Positions 25,608 through 37,407 are shown, numbered from the stretch's first letter. The stretch: DNA of 64,000 bases from Saccharofermentans sp. (GCA_024685385.1 JAIKVV010000018.1:12422-76421); one strand, 5' to 3'. Numbers and translations: made by a program. Notes: generated from the sequence alone by a model not told the origin.

Positions 25608-26972
25608 TCAGATCTTGGGGCACTGTGCCAGAGACTTTGCTATCTCTTCATCAGTCGGAACATAATCTTCCATTGTTCCGTCGTTATACTGCTGATAAGC
25701 AACAAGATCGAAGTAACCTGTTCCGGTAAGGCCGAAGACGATGTTCTTCTCTTCACCGGTCTCCTTGCACTTAAGAGCTTCATCGATCGCAACGCGGATG
25801 GCATGTGAACTCTCAGGAGCGGGAAGGATTCCTTCGACTCTTGCAAATGTCTCTGCTGCTTCGAATACATCTGTCTGCTTGACCGAACGCGCGGTAATGA
25901 GCTTATCATCGTAGAGCTGGGAGATAATAGGGCTCATGCCGTGATATCTTAAGCCGCCTGCGTGGTTAGGAGCGGGGATATAGCCACTGCCCAGAGTGTA
26001 CATCTTAGCCAGAGGACAAACCTTACCTGTATCGCAGAAGTCATATACATAGCTGCCTCTTGTAAGAGACGGGCAGGATGCGGGCTCAACGGCGATGATC
26101 TCATAATCAGCCTCACCTCTGAGCATCTGTCCGACGAAGGGCGAGATAAGACCGCCGAGATTGGATCCGCCGCCTGCGCAGCCGATGATCATGTCTGCCT
26201 TGACTCCGACCTTATCAAGAGCTGCCTTTGTCTCAAGTCCGATAACGGACTGGTGGAGCAATACCTGATTAAGGACGGAACCCAAAACATAACGGTAGCC
26301 TTCCTGGGAAGTTGCAGCCTCAACGGCCTCAGAAATGGCGCATCCGAGGCTTCCTGTAGTTCCGGGGAACTGCTCATTGATGGCTCTTCCGATATTCGTA
26401 TCCATTGAAGGAGAAGGAGTTACCTTGGCTCCGTATGTTCTCATGACCTCACGTCTGAAAGGCTTCTGCTCGTAAGAGACTTTGACCATGAAGACCTGAA
26501 GATCCAGACCGAAGTAAGCGCAAGCCATGGAAAGGGCCGTGCCCCACTGACCTGCACCGGTCTCCGTCGTAACGCCCTTGAGGCCCTGCTTCTTTGCATA
26601 ATATGCCTGGGCAATGGCCGAATTGAGCTTATGGGATCCGGATGTATTGTTTCCTTCAAACTTATAATAGATATGAGCAGGTGTATCAAGGAACTTTTCA
26701 AGACAGTAAGCCCTTACCAGAGGGGAAGGTCTGTACATCTTATAGAAATCCTGGATCTCCTGAGGTATATCGATATAAGGAGTCTCGTTATCTAATTCCT
26801 GACGGCAAAGCTCCTCGCAGAACACGGGAAAGAGATCTTCTGCCTTCATTGCCTCGCCTGTGCCCGGATTGACGAGCGGTGCGGGTTTGTTCTTCATATC
26901 AGCGCGGACGTTGTACCACTTGGAAGGGATCTCATTCTCCGCAAGATATATCTTGTAGGGGATTTCCGACAT
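25608..26972 (-). CDS. TrpB-like PLP-dependent enzyme (tryptophan synthase beta chain type 2)
   Basis: I moved the start to ATG 26972 (MSEIPYKIYL...), 9 nt after an AAAGGAGA RBS. The N-terminus IPSKWYN... and a length of about 454 aa are typical of TrpB2. No trpA is nearby. Confidence 0.8.
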   Translation of the reverse strand: MSEIPYKIYLAENEIPSKWYNVRADMKNKPAPLVNPGTGEAMKAEDLFPVFCEELCRQELDNETPYIDIPQEIQDFYKMYRPSPLVRAYCLEKFLDTPAHIYYKFEGNNTSGSHKLNSAIAQAYYAKKQGLKGVTTETGAGQWGTALSMACAYFGLDLQVFMVKVSYEQKPFRREVMRTYGAKVTPSPSMDTNIGRAINEQFPGTTGSLGCAISEAVEAATSQEGYRYVLGSVLNQVLLHQSVIGLETKAALDKVGVKADMIIGCAGGGSNLGGLISPFVGQMLRGEADYEIIAVEPASCPSLTRGSYVYDFCDTGKVCPLAKMYTLGSGYIPAPNHAGGLRYHGMSPIISQLYDDKLITARSVKQTDVFEAAETFARVEGILPAPESSHAIRVAIDEALKCKETGEEKNIVFGLTGTGYFDLVAYQQYNDGTMEDYVPTDEEIAKSLAQCPKI

Positions 26973-27095
26973 AAAATCATGTCTCCTTTCGAAAATCATT
27001 TATTCTTCTTATAGAAAAATCAATTAATTATAAACCACAGACAGCCTTTTGTGATAAACTTTTCGGGTATCAGATACTAAACACAAGGAACATTA

Positions 27096-29274
<2,179 letters not shown>

Positions 29275-29299
29275 TATTCTTGTTTGTTCTTTTCAGGGG

Positions 29300-29510
29300 T
29301 TTTTTCACCAAACACTGTGTAATCGAATGTTTAGTGAAATAATTCCCTGATGTTTTTCACCAAACGAATAAACAATTGATATTTGGTGAAAAACATCAAG
29401 CCAAATCAACAGATTATTTCACCAAACAGTCCATACCAAGACGGGTGGTGAAAATTTCGGCTTGTTTTTTTCACCAGATACCCCGAAAAAAAGCAGTTAG
29501 TGAAAAAACA
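29300..29510. repeat. Array of four 37-bp inverted-repeat units (11-nt half-site TTTCAC[CT]AAAC, 15-nt variable spacer, inverted half-site)
   Basis: Forward half-sites start at 29303, 29355, 29417 and 29469. Inverted half-sites start at 29329, 29381, 29443 and 29495, always 26 nt later. Unit 2 extends to a perfect 16-nt inverted repeat, GATGTTTTTCACCAAA (29349-29364) / TTTGGTGAAAAACATC (29382-29397). Confidence 0.85.
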
Positions 29511-29516
29511 CCCGGA

Positions 29517-30056
29517 TTACACCTTTATGCACACCGCAGACAGATTCCCGCAGAGGAGTTCCGTCTTATCGGATACCCGTCTTACCATGTAATCCATCCA
29601 TTCATTGCAGTCTGAGGAAATGAGGGCATCCGCGAGCATCCCTTCGTTAGTCAGGTTGGAATAGAAATTCTTAACGGAACATACGATCATGTCACCTTCC
29701 TTAAGGCCGTATATGCCGTTTGGCAGGGTCATCATCTCACCGTTATTCGCGATACAGGCAAGGACCTGTCCTCTTCTCAGGGAATCGACCTTGAGAGAAT
29801 CATCTATCCTTAAGACCAGATATTCTATGTCTTCGGGTATCTTCTCATCCAAAGCAGCGCATATCGTTTCGAGCTGATCTCCTTCTTTGGAGTCCTTTAA
29901 GACCTCGCTCAGGACGAATGCGCAGCTTAAAGTGTTGATATATTCTTCTTTTCCGCAAAACACTGCTGCCGTAAAGAAGGGCAATTCGGACACGAAGACT
30001 TCATCGTAGTAGTTTTCGGCATTTCCTTTATGTTTAAAGCAAGCATAATCGATCAT
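29517..30056 (-). CDS. PP2C-like protein lacking metal-binding aspartates (probable pseudophosphatase)
   Basis: 179 aa. It aligns by eye to the PP2C core: KHKGNAENYYDE matches KG..NED, AAVFCG aligns where (A)DGMGG is expected, GDMIVCSVKNF where SDG is expected, and LSAVCIKV matches DN.T.i.v. The DG/SDG aspartates are absent. Confidence 0.5.
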   Translation of the reverse strand: MIDYACFKHKGNAENYYDEVFVSELPFFTAAVFCGKEEYINTLSCAFVLSEVLKDSKEGDQLETICAALDEKIPEDIEYLVLRIDDSLKVDSLRRGQVLACIANNGEMMTLPNGIYGLKEGDMIVCSVKNFYSNLTNEGMLADALISSDCNEWMDYMVRRVSDKTELLCGNLSAVCIKV

Positions 30057-30066
30057 GGCGGCACCC

Positions 30067-30963
30067 TCAGAACAGACTGCTGTCCATCTTGATAACGATG
30101 GCAGTGTAATTATCCTGTCTCTTTCTCTTGGCGCTCCTGATGCGGAGCTTAAGCTTTTCGGCGATCGCCGTAGCTGCGCCGTCTGTATAACGGGGAACTG
30201 TTACGACGGGAATGGCATCGGTAACGCCGTCGGAACAGATGATGATCACATCATCTTCCATGAGCCTTATCGGTGAAGAAGTCCTTATGACCTTGGAATT
30301 GAGGTTTCCGACAAAATCCATAAGACCTTTGGAACTCTTGTTGATATAGGCTTCATGCGTGTTTTCTCCCGCTGAAGCATATTTCTTGACCAGATAAGAG
30401 ATGTAATTCTGCTTCGGGTTTAAGACCGTGGCAGTGCCTTTTCGGACAAGGATTATGTTGGAATCCCCCAAACTGTAGAAATTCATGGCATTGGCATAAA
30501 CATGGATCATGGCAAGCGTTGCGCCGCCTCCGAGCCTGTATTTTTCATATACTTCGTCAGAGATCTTACGGATCTTGGCAGCATTGGCTTCGGTGTCTTC
30601 AAAACTGTAAGGATATTCTTCAGCCAGTCTCTCAGTCACGTATCTTGAGATGACCTGACCGTCGGCAAGACCGCCCATACCGTCGGACACGGCAAATATC
30701 GTGCCGTTAGTTGCGGAATCCGCTATCGGGGATATGTAAAGAGAATCCTCCTGATTCTTTCTCTTGCCCTTGCCTTTGAAATAAGCGGCATCGCAATAGA
30801 GGAGATAACCGCCGCCGCTGCTCGTAACCTTACGGATCTTCCTCACCTTAAGGATATACATTATGAAAAAATAGAGTGTAACAAGGAAAGCCGTGCCTAT
30901 CACGGTCATGCCGATAAAGAACCATAACCTGGCGCTTTCAACCAGATAAGACAGATCAACCAT
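30067..30963 (-). CDS. Membrane-anchored PP2C-family Ser/Thr protein phosphatase
   Basis: 298 aa. N-terminal transmembrane helix. Motifs RKNQEDS, FAVSDGMGG, LGDSN, ICSDGVTD and QDNYTAIVI. Confidence 0.8.
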   Translation of the reverse strand: MVDLSYLVESARLWFFIGMTVIGTAFLVTLYFFIMYILKVRKIRKVTSSGGGYLLYCDAAYFKGKGKRKNQEDSLYISPIADSATNGTIFAVSDGMGGLADGQVISRYVTERLAEEYPYSFEDTEANAAKIRKISDEVYEKYRLGGGATLAMIHVYANAMNFYSLGDSNIILVRKGTATVLNPKQNYISYLVKKYASAGENTHEAYINKSSKGLMDFVGNLNSKVIRTSSPIRLMEDDVIIICSDGVTDAIPVVTVPRYTDGAATAIAEKLKLRIRSAKRKRQDNYTAIVIKMDSSLF

Positions 30964-31004
30964 GGCAAGATCTCCGTTTCAAAGCAAAGTCCCTCTCCTG
31001 ATAT

Positions 31005-32342
31005 TTACGATACCTTAAGTTTTTCCAAAACCCCTGCAAACTCAGCCATCTCTTCGATCGAGCGGTCGGCTATGGCCTGGCATTTCATCTTTTTGCCGTC
31101 TTTCCCCTTGAACTTGCCCGGCATGGGATTGACTATTCCGAAGTTGGCATTCATGGGAACAAAATGCTTGATCGAAGGATCAGACACATAGGCAGCCATG
31201 GCTCCCATTACGGTGTTCGAGCCGGGTTTAAATGGTATTTCCATGTCTAATGCCTTAAGAGCCGCATAATAGCCTGCAAGGAAACCTGAGGCTGTTGATT
31301 CGATATATCCTTCGACACCGGTCATCTGGCCTGCGAAGAAGAGATTCTCCCTGCCCTTGAACCTGTAAGTGTCTTCAAGATGAAGAGGCGAATTAAGATA
31401 GGTATTCCTGTGCATGACACCCATCCTGTAATACTCGGCATTCTCAAGGCCCGGGATCATGCCGAATACGCGCTTCTGCTCATCCCATTTAAGCCTTGTC
31501 TGGAATCCTACCAGATTGTACATGGTCTTTGCTCTGTCATCCTGACGGAGCTGCAGGCAGGCATAGGGTTCTTTTCCCGTACGAGGATCGATGAGCCCTA
31601 CAGGCTTTAAAGGTCCGAATCTCATAGTATCTTCTCCCCTTGAAGCCATTGTCTCGATGGGCATGCATCCCTCGAAAACTATCTCCCTGTCAAAATCCTT
31701 TACGGCAGCTCTTTCGGCTCCGATCAGTTCACGGTAGAAAGCAAGATATTCGTCTTTATCCATGGGGCAGTTGATGTAATCGTCTCCGCCCTTGCTGTAT
31801 CTTGATGCGCGGAAAGCCTTGCTCATGTCTATGGATGAACCCATGACGATCGGGGCTGCGGCATCGAAGAAATGAAGAGTATCATCTCCGCATAATCTTC
31901 CGATATCATCATAAAGTTCCCCGTCAGTAAGAGGACCTGTCGCGATAACGGTGATCTCGTCATCAGAGGGGATCTTTGTTATCTCTTCATTTATAACGGT
32001 GATCTTGTCCGAAGATCTGATCCAATCGGTAATAAAGCCTGAAAATTCCTCCCTGTCGACTGCCAGGGCTCCGCCTGCGGGGACTCTTGCCTTATCGGCG
32101 GCTTCCATGATAAGAGATCCCGTGATCCTCAATTCCTTTTTAAGAAGACCGACTGCGTTGGTAACGGCATCGGCTCTCAACGAATTGCTGCATACAAGTT
32201 CTGCAAATGATTCTGAATGGTGCGCGGGAGAATACTTTACGGGTTTCATCTCGTAAAGCTTAACATCTACTCCCATCAGGGCAGCTATATGCGCCGCCTC
32301 CGATCCTGCCAGGCCTGCTCCTATAACGTTTATGACAGGCAT
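31005..32342 (-). CDS. trmFO: Methylenetetrahydrofolate--tRNA-(uracil-5-)-methyltransferase TrmFO
   Basis: I moved the start to ATG 32342 (MPVINVIGAGLAGSEAA), 9 nt after an AAGGAAG RBS that lies inside the end of topA. It sits in the conserved position after topA. Confidence 0.9.
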   Translation of the reverse strand: MPVINVIGAGLAGSEAAHIAALMGVDVKLYEMKPVKYSPAHHSESFAELVCSNSLRADAVTNAVGLLKKELRITGSLIMEAADKARVPAGGALAVDREEFSGFITDWIRSSDKITVINEEITKIPSDDEITVIATGPLTDGELYDDIGRLCGDDTLHFFDAAAPIVMGSSIDMSKAFRASRYSKGGDDYINCPMDKDEYLAFYRELIGAERAAVKDFDREIVFEGCMPIETMASRGEDTMRFGPLKPVGLIDPRTGKEPYACLQLRQDDRAKTMYNLVGFQTRLKWDEQKRVFGMIPGLENAEYYRMGVMHRNTYLNSPLHLEDTYRFKGRENLFFAGQMTGVEGYIESTASGFLAGYYAALKALDMEIPFKPGSNTVMGAMAAYVSDPSIKHFVPMNANFGIVNPMPGKFKGKDGKKMKCQAIADRSIEEMAEFAGVLEKLKVS

Positions 32343-32346
32343 ATTA

Positions 32347-34515
32347 TCATTCTTCCTTGTCATCGGAAGACTTCTTTGATGAAGAAGTCTGGCGCTGGGT
32401 ATTGGTCGTACACTCCTTATTGGAACATCTGGGGTAGACTTTCTTGCCGTACCTCTTCCATACCATGTAAGCGCCGCAGACCGAACATGTCCTGCCGTCT
32501 ACAGGCAGATCCCAGGAGATGAAATCACAATCCGGATCCTTGCCCTTCTTGTCACATGTATAGAAAGTCTTGTTCCTGTATTTCTTTGATTTATGGGTAA
32601 GAAGGCCCGAGCCGCAGTAAGGGCATGTACCCTTAGCCTTAACCTCGACATTCTTCGTATATTTGCATGTAGGGAAATTGGAACATGCTATGAACTGGCC
32701 GTACTTGCCGTCTTTCATGACTAGATCTGCACCGCACAAAGGACACTCCTCGCCGGTCTTTACGGGTTCGATTACGACCTTCTCTACAGTATCCATGGCA
32801 TTTTCGACCTGCTCATGGAAAGAAGGATAGAATTCATTGACTACATTAGTCCATTCCTTCTTACCGGATTCTATGTCGTCAAGGTCCTCTTCCATGCCGG
32901 CAGTAAACTTGACATCTACGATCTCGGAGAAATTCTCGTTAAGAAGATTCGTTACGATCCTTCCGAGCTCCGTGATCTTGAGGAACTTGCCGTCCTTGGT
33001 CACGTAATTCTTTTCGAGTATCGTGCCGACAGTAGGAGCATATGTGGAAGGACGGCCGATGCCGTATTCTTCCATTGCCTTGATGAGGGTAGCTTCCGTG
33101 TAATGCGCAGGCGGCTGGGTAAACTTCTGAGTGCCGTCAAGGCCCAGATTCTTCATGGTCTGGCCTTCATCCACAGGAGGAAGAGTAACATTGGCGGGCT
33201 TATCATCATTATCGTCAGCGACAAGATCTTCCTTGATATCCGAATAGAGAGCCAGGAAGCCCTTGAACTTTATTGTCTCTCCCGTTGTCCTGAAAACGTC
33301 GGCGCCGCAGGATACTTCGATATTGACCGTATCTATGGCTGCTGCTGCCATCTGCGTAGCAAGGAATCTGTCCCAGATCAGCTTATAGAGTCTGTACTGG
33401 TCGGAAGAAAGGGAATTCTTGATGCTCTTGGGCGAAAGGTCGAAATGAGTGGGACGGATCGCTTCGTGGGCATCCTGGGCCTGGTTCTTATTCTTGAACT
33501 GCCTGTTGTACTTACAGAGGTACTCCTCACCGTATTCACTGAAGATAAGGCTCCTTGCAGCTGCAACGGCCTCATCGGAAACTCTGACGGAGTCGGTCCT
33601 GATATAGGATACGAGAGCCGTATGGCCCATCCCTGCGATCTCGATGCCCTCATAGAGCTGCTGGGCAACAGACATCGTCTTACGGGATGTAAAGGAAAGC
33701 CTTCTCGAAGCTTCCTGCTGCAATGTGGATGTTGTAAACGGAGGCATGGGATTACGCTCCCTGTTTCCCTTCTTAACGCCGGTTACCAGGAAATCGCCCT
33801 TACCGATCCTGTCTTTGATCTGATCAACGTCTTCCTTGCAGGAAAGCTTGACCTTCTTGATCCTGCCGTCCTCATTGATCCCGTGATAGGTAACCTTGAA
33901 TGCCTCATTGTCGCGGTCAGGCGTAACAAGAGCCGTTAATGTCCAATATTCTTCAGGATTAAAAGCTTCTATCTCATTATCCCTGTCCATTACGATCTTC
34001 GATGCAACGGACTGCACACGTCCGGCGGAAAGTTTCTTCTTAACCTTCTTCCAGAGGAGCGGGGACAGTTCATATCCTACGAGCCTGTCGAGAACACGCC
34101 TTGCCTGCTGGGCATCAACAAGATCAAGGTCTATCGCTCTAGGGTTCTCTATTGCTTCCTGAACTGCTTTCTTGGTGATCTCGTTGAAGGTGATCCTGCA
34201 GGATGAATTGGAATCTATCTTAAGGACCTGAGCCAGATGCCATGCTATTGCTTCTCCCTCGCGGTCAGGGTCCGTTGCGATATATACAAAATCGGATTCG
34301 GCTGCCTTATCCTTAAGCTCCTTGATGACTTTCGCCTTGCCGGCCATGGGAATGTAGATGACCTTATAATTGTTGTTGACATCAACACCCTTCTGATTCG
34401 GCGGAAGATCCCTGATATGGCCTACGGACGCTACGATATCGTAATCCTTTCCCAGATATCTTCCGATCGTCTTTGCCTTTGCGGGGGACTCTACAATAAC
34501 TAATTTCTTACCCAT
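32347..34515 (-). CDS. topA: DNA topoisomerase I
   Basis: 722 aa. Toprim N-terminus LVIVESPAKAKTI, active-site Tyr in SYIRTDS, and multiple C-terminal CxxC zinc ribbons. Confidence 0.95.
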   Translation of the reverse strand: MGKKLVIVESPAKAKTIGRYLGKDYDIVASVGHIRDLPPNQKGVDVNNNYKVIYIPMAGKAKVIKELKDKAAESDFVYIATDPDREGEAIAWHLAQVLKIDSNSSCRITFNEITKKAVQEAIENPRAIDLDLVDAQQARRVLDRLVGYELSPLLWKKVKKKLSAGRVQSVASKIVMDRDNEIEAFNPEEYWTLTALVTPDRDNEAFKVTYHGINEDGRIKKVKLSCKEDVDQIKDRIGKGDFLVTGVKKGNRERNPMPPFTTSTLQQEASRRLSFTSRKTMSVAQQLYEGIEIAGMGHTALVSYIRTDSVRVSDEAVAAARSLIFSEYGEEYLCKYNRQFKNKNQAQDAHEAIRPTHFDLSPKSIKNSLSSDQYRLYKLIWDRFLATQMAAAAIDTVNIEVSCGADVFRTTGETIKFKGFLALYSDIKEDLVADDNDDKPANVTLPPVDEGQTMKNLGLDGTQKFTQPPAHYTEATLIKAMEEYGIGRPSTYAPTVGTILEKNYVTKDGKFLKITELGRIVTNLLNENFSEIVDVKFTAGMEEDLDDIESGKKEWTNVVNEFYPSFHEQVENAMDTVEKVVIEPVKTGEECPLCGADLVMKDGKYGQFIACSNFPTCKYTKNVEVKAKGTCPYCGSGLLTHKSKKYRNKTFYTCDKKGKDPDCDFISWDLPVDGRTCSVCGAYMVWKRYGKKVYPRCSNKECTTNTQRQTSSSKKSSDDKEE

Positions 34516-34570
34516 ACAATACCTTTCCTTAACAAGTCATTTCACAATAATAATACTTTTTATTACATCA

Positions 34571-35773
34571 TTATACGATTGTCAAGACATATTTCCCGTC
34601 GGCAAGAGTCAGTTCACCTGCCCCCTCAAGAGCGATCAAAAGACGTGTTACGGCCGGCACAGACAGGCCGAACAGGGCGCAGAGCTCATCCTGGGAACGG
34701 CCTTTAAGAGACAGTTCATCCTTTATAAGATTTTTCCATTCATTATCTGACATGAGTTCCGGAGTCTCCCTGGCTTTTTTTCTAAGATCGGTCACGGAAA
34801 CCCTTGCATGCGGCATCAGTTCCTTCAAGTCGATCCCCTTCATCTTCTTGTTCAAGAGCGCAGTAATTACGGCATCTTCTACCATATTTACATTGATAAG
34901 AGGCATCGCGCCGTCTGCAAGGAGCAGATTGCCGCCCTTGCATTCCTCCGAAAAGATATTATTCGGCAGCACGAAAACATCCTTTCCCTGGCCGGCGGCA
35001 AAAGATGCGGTGTGCAAAGTTCCGGATATCTCCCCTGCCTGCATGATGAGGCAGACATCACCGATCCCTGCTATCAGCCTGTTGCGGGAAGGAAAATATT
35101 GTCTTACGGCTCTCATTCCGGGCGGCATCTCGGATACTACGAGGCCTTTTTGGCAGATCCTATCGTATATGTCCCTGTTTGAATCGGGATAGACATCATC
35201 AACACCTCCCGCAAGAAAGGCTATTGTTCCTCCGGGATTATCAACTGACGCCTCATGAGCTGCCCTGTCAGTCCCTGCGGCCATGCCTGATGCTATGACA
35301 ACGTTTTTCGAGGACAGACTGTCTGAGAACCTGTTCGTGGCATAGACGGCATATCTTGATGCATCTCTTGAGCCAACAACGGATACACAGCCGCATTTGT
35401 CGCACTTGGCAAACATGCCCCTTACGCCCTTGGCGAAAACGACATCCGGCATGCCCCTTACGCACTTCCAGTTATAAGGATAATCAGGATCTTCCCTTGA
35501 TACGGTGAAGATATTGCCCTTTACTGCCCTTTCGATATAATCGTCACAAAGCCTGCGGATGTCATCCGATCTTTTCTTTAATTCACGGATAAGTTCTTTT
35601 GCTTCACGTGATCCTTTATCCTTTGCATTGGTTTCGATCAGATCCATATCAGCAAAATCCCTGTGGGACTGACAGATCCCTTCCTTATGGAGGTCATCGA
35701 GCTTTTTCCTGGATATCTTCAGCATCTGGCGCATCGCAGTATAATAACAGTCTTCGAAATTGATATTGTTCAT
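34571..35773 (-). CDS. dprA: DNA-processing protein DprA
   Basis: 400 aa. Rossmann-like core with SGMAAGTDRAAHEA. C-terminal winged-helix-like tail. 4-nt overlap with comM. Confidence 0.85.
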   Translation of the reverse strand: MNNINFEDCYYTAMRQMLKISRKKLDDLHKEGICQSHRDFADMDLIETNAKDKGSREAKELIRELKKRSDDIRRLCDDYIERAVKGNIFTVSREDPDYPYNWKCVRGMPDVVFAKGVRGMFAKCDKCGCVSVVGSRDASRYAVYATNRFSDSLSSKNVVIASGMAAGTDRAAHEASVDNPGGTIAFLAGGVDDVYPDSNRDIYDRICQKGLVVSEMPPGMRAVRQYFPSRNRLIAGIGDVCLIMQAGEISGTLHTASFAAGQGKDVFVLPNNIFSEECKGGNLLLADGAMPLINVNMVEDAVITALLNKKMKGIDLKELMPHARVSVTDLRKKARETPELMSDNEWKNLIKDELSLKGRSQDELCALFGLSVPAVTRLLIALEGAGELTLADGKYVLTIV

Positions 35774-37308
35774 AAGCAGCTCTCCATTCTCCTGAACATA
35801 ACGGCTTCATCCACATCTTCTTCGGAAATGTCGTCCCGCCCTTCAAGGTCCGCGATGGTCCTTGCGACCCTGATGATGCCGAGATAACCTCTTGCAGACA
35901 CGAGTCCCTTATCCGACAAAGACTCCAAATGATCTATTGCTTTTGCGGGAAGGCGCATGATGTCGGCATAATTAGCGCATATGACATTGGAATTATATGT
36001 ATCTTTGCCGAATGACTTATATCTTTCCTTCTGCATCTGCCTTGCCAGAGAAACGGCTTTGGCAGCCTGTGGTGATTCTTTTTCAGTTTTCTCATCCTCC
36101 AGGATCGACCGCTTGGCCGTCTTATCGATCGATGTCATCTCGCATATGAGATCCATCCTGTCAAGAAAAGGTCCTGACAGCCTTGAGAGGTATTTTTTCC
36201 TGGCATTCTTTGTGCATCTGCACTTTGATCCGCCTTCGAAAGCATATCCGCATTTACAGGGATTTCCGGCGGCAACGAAGACATAATTGGCCGGGAAACG
36301 ATATCTCCTCCCGTCTGAATAGATCGTTACCGACCTGTTTTCGAGCGGCAGCCTCAGCATATCAAGGACAGGCCTTTGAAATTCGGTTATCTCATCCGCG
36401 AAAAGAACGCCGTGATTGGCAAGAGCCAATTCTCCGGGCGTAAGTTTCCTTGAGTTGCCTATGAGTCCCGTTACGGTAATGTTCTGATCTATATAACGGT
36501 ATGGTCTTGTTATCAGGCCTGATTTATCACCGCATTCCAGGAGTTCATTGACTGAAAAGATATCGGATGCCTCATCTCTTTCCAAAGGAGGCATTATGCC
36601 TGATATGATCTTTCCCGCCATGGTCTTGCCGCAGCCCGGACTTCCGAGAAGAAGGACCGTATGGTTGCCCGCGGCGGCGATTATAAGTGCGCGCTTGGCT
36701 TTCTGCTGACCTTTAAGTTCGGAAAGGTCGATCTCGCTTGCAGGAGCCTGCAGGAATTCTTCTTTCCTGTAATCGACCGGTTCGTAGACGCCATATAGGA
36801 AGATCTCTCTCAGGTCTGATAACGTTTCCACCGTCATTGCCCTTATCCCGGCACATTCAGCCGACTTTACGGATCCTGAGGGGATTATGACGATATCGGG
36901 CTTATCTTCCGATATGCTGCATAATCTGACGGCACATGCAGGAGTCGCCTTAACTTTGCCGGTCAAAGACAATTCCCCTTCAAGGTAGACTTTGCAATCC
37001 GGCTGGCTCAGCTGCCCTGAAGCAAAAAGTATGCCGCAGGCTATTGCAAGATCGAATGAGGTGCCTGATTTCTTGATGTATGCGGGACTTATCCCGACCG
37101 TTATATGTCCTCTGGGCATGGAAAATCCGGACGTGATAAGAGCCGATCTTATCCTTCCGTAAGATTCCTTGATCGATGCATCGCAAAGACCGATTATGTC
37201 GAAAGTCGGGATCCCGGGGGTTACCGAGACTTCTATTTCCGAAAGCGTTGCGCTTATTCCTTCAACGAATGAAGAATAAACTTTTGATAGTTTTAATGTT
37301 GCCGCCAT
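35770..37308 (-). CDS. comM: YifB/ComM family Mg-chelatase-like AAA+ ATPase
   Basis: 512 aa. Lon-protease-like N-domain, Walker A GSPGCGKT, Walker B-like LFADE, and a C-terminal chelatase domain. Confidence 0.85.
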   Translation of the reverse strand: MAATLKLSKVYSSFVEGISATLSEIEVSVTPGIPTFDIIGLCDASIKESYGRIRSALITSGFSMPRGHITVGISPAYIKKSGTSFDLAIACGILFASGQLSQPDCKVYLEGELSLTGKVKATPACAVRLCSISEDKPDIVIIPSGSVKSAECAGIRAMTVETLSDLREIFLYGVYEPVDYRKEEFLQAPASEIDLSELKGQQKAKRALIIAAAGNHTVLLLGSPGCGKTMAGKIISGIMPPLERDEASDIFSVNELLECGDKSGLITRPYRYIDQNITVTGLIGNSRKLTPGELALANHGVLFADEITEFQRPVLDMLRLPLENRSVTIYSDGRRYRFPANYVFVAAGNPCKCGYAFEGGSKCRCTKNARKKYLSRLSGPFLDRMDLICEMTSIDKTAKRSILEDEKTEKESPQAAKAVSLARQMQKERYKSFGKDTYNSNVICANYADIMRLPAKAIDHLESLSDKGLVSARGYLGIIRVARTIADLEGRDDISEEDVDEAVMFRRMESCL

Positions 37309-37352
37309 GATCCGTCACCTCCTTTGTAAGGAGATGATAGACCTTTTTCGAA

Positions 37353-37400
37353 GGCAAAAAACTACGAAAATCTCACAAAAAACTACAAAGTCTCAATTTT
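37353..37400 (-). promoter_or_regulatory. A-phased TCTCA repeat element upstream of comM-dprA
   Basis: Plus strand reads GGCAAAAAACTACGAAAATCTCACAAAAAACTACAAAGTCTCAATTTTT. It contains two copies, about 20 nt each, of AAAAAACTAC[GA]AA..TCTCA. It shares the 14-mer AAAATCTCACAAAA (37367-37380) with the comEA upstream region. Confidence 0.4.
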
Positions 37401-37407
37401 TCTTAAA

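Noticed and set aside
29300-29510. The repeat array as a CRISPR locus
   Set aside because: The repeats are only 11-16 nt and alternate in orientation. The spacers are 15 nt within units and about 15-25 nt between units. No cas genes are present.
32815-33939. 374-aa plus-strand ORF inside topA
   Set aside because: It is antisense to a full-length topoisomerase I with an intact active site, so it is a shadow ORF.
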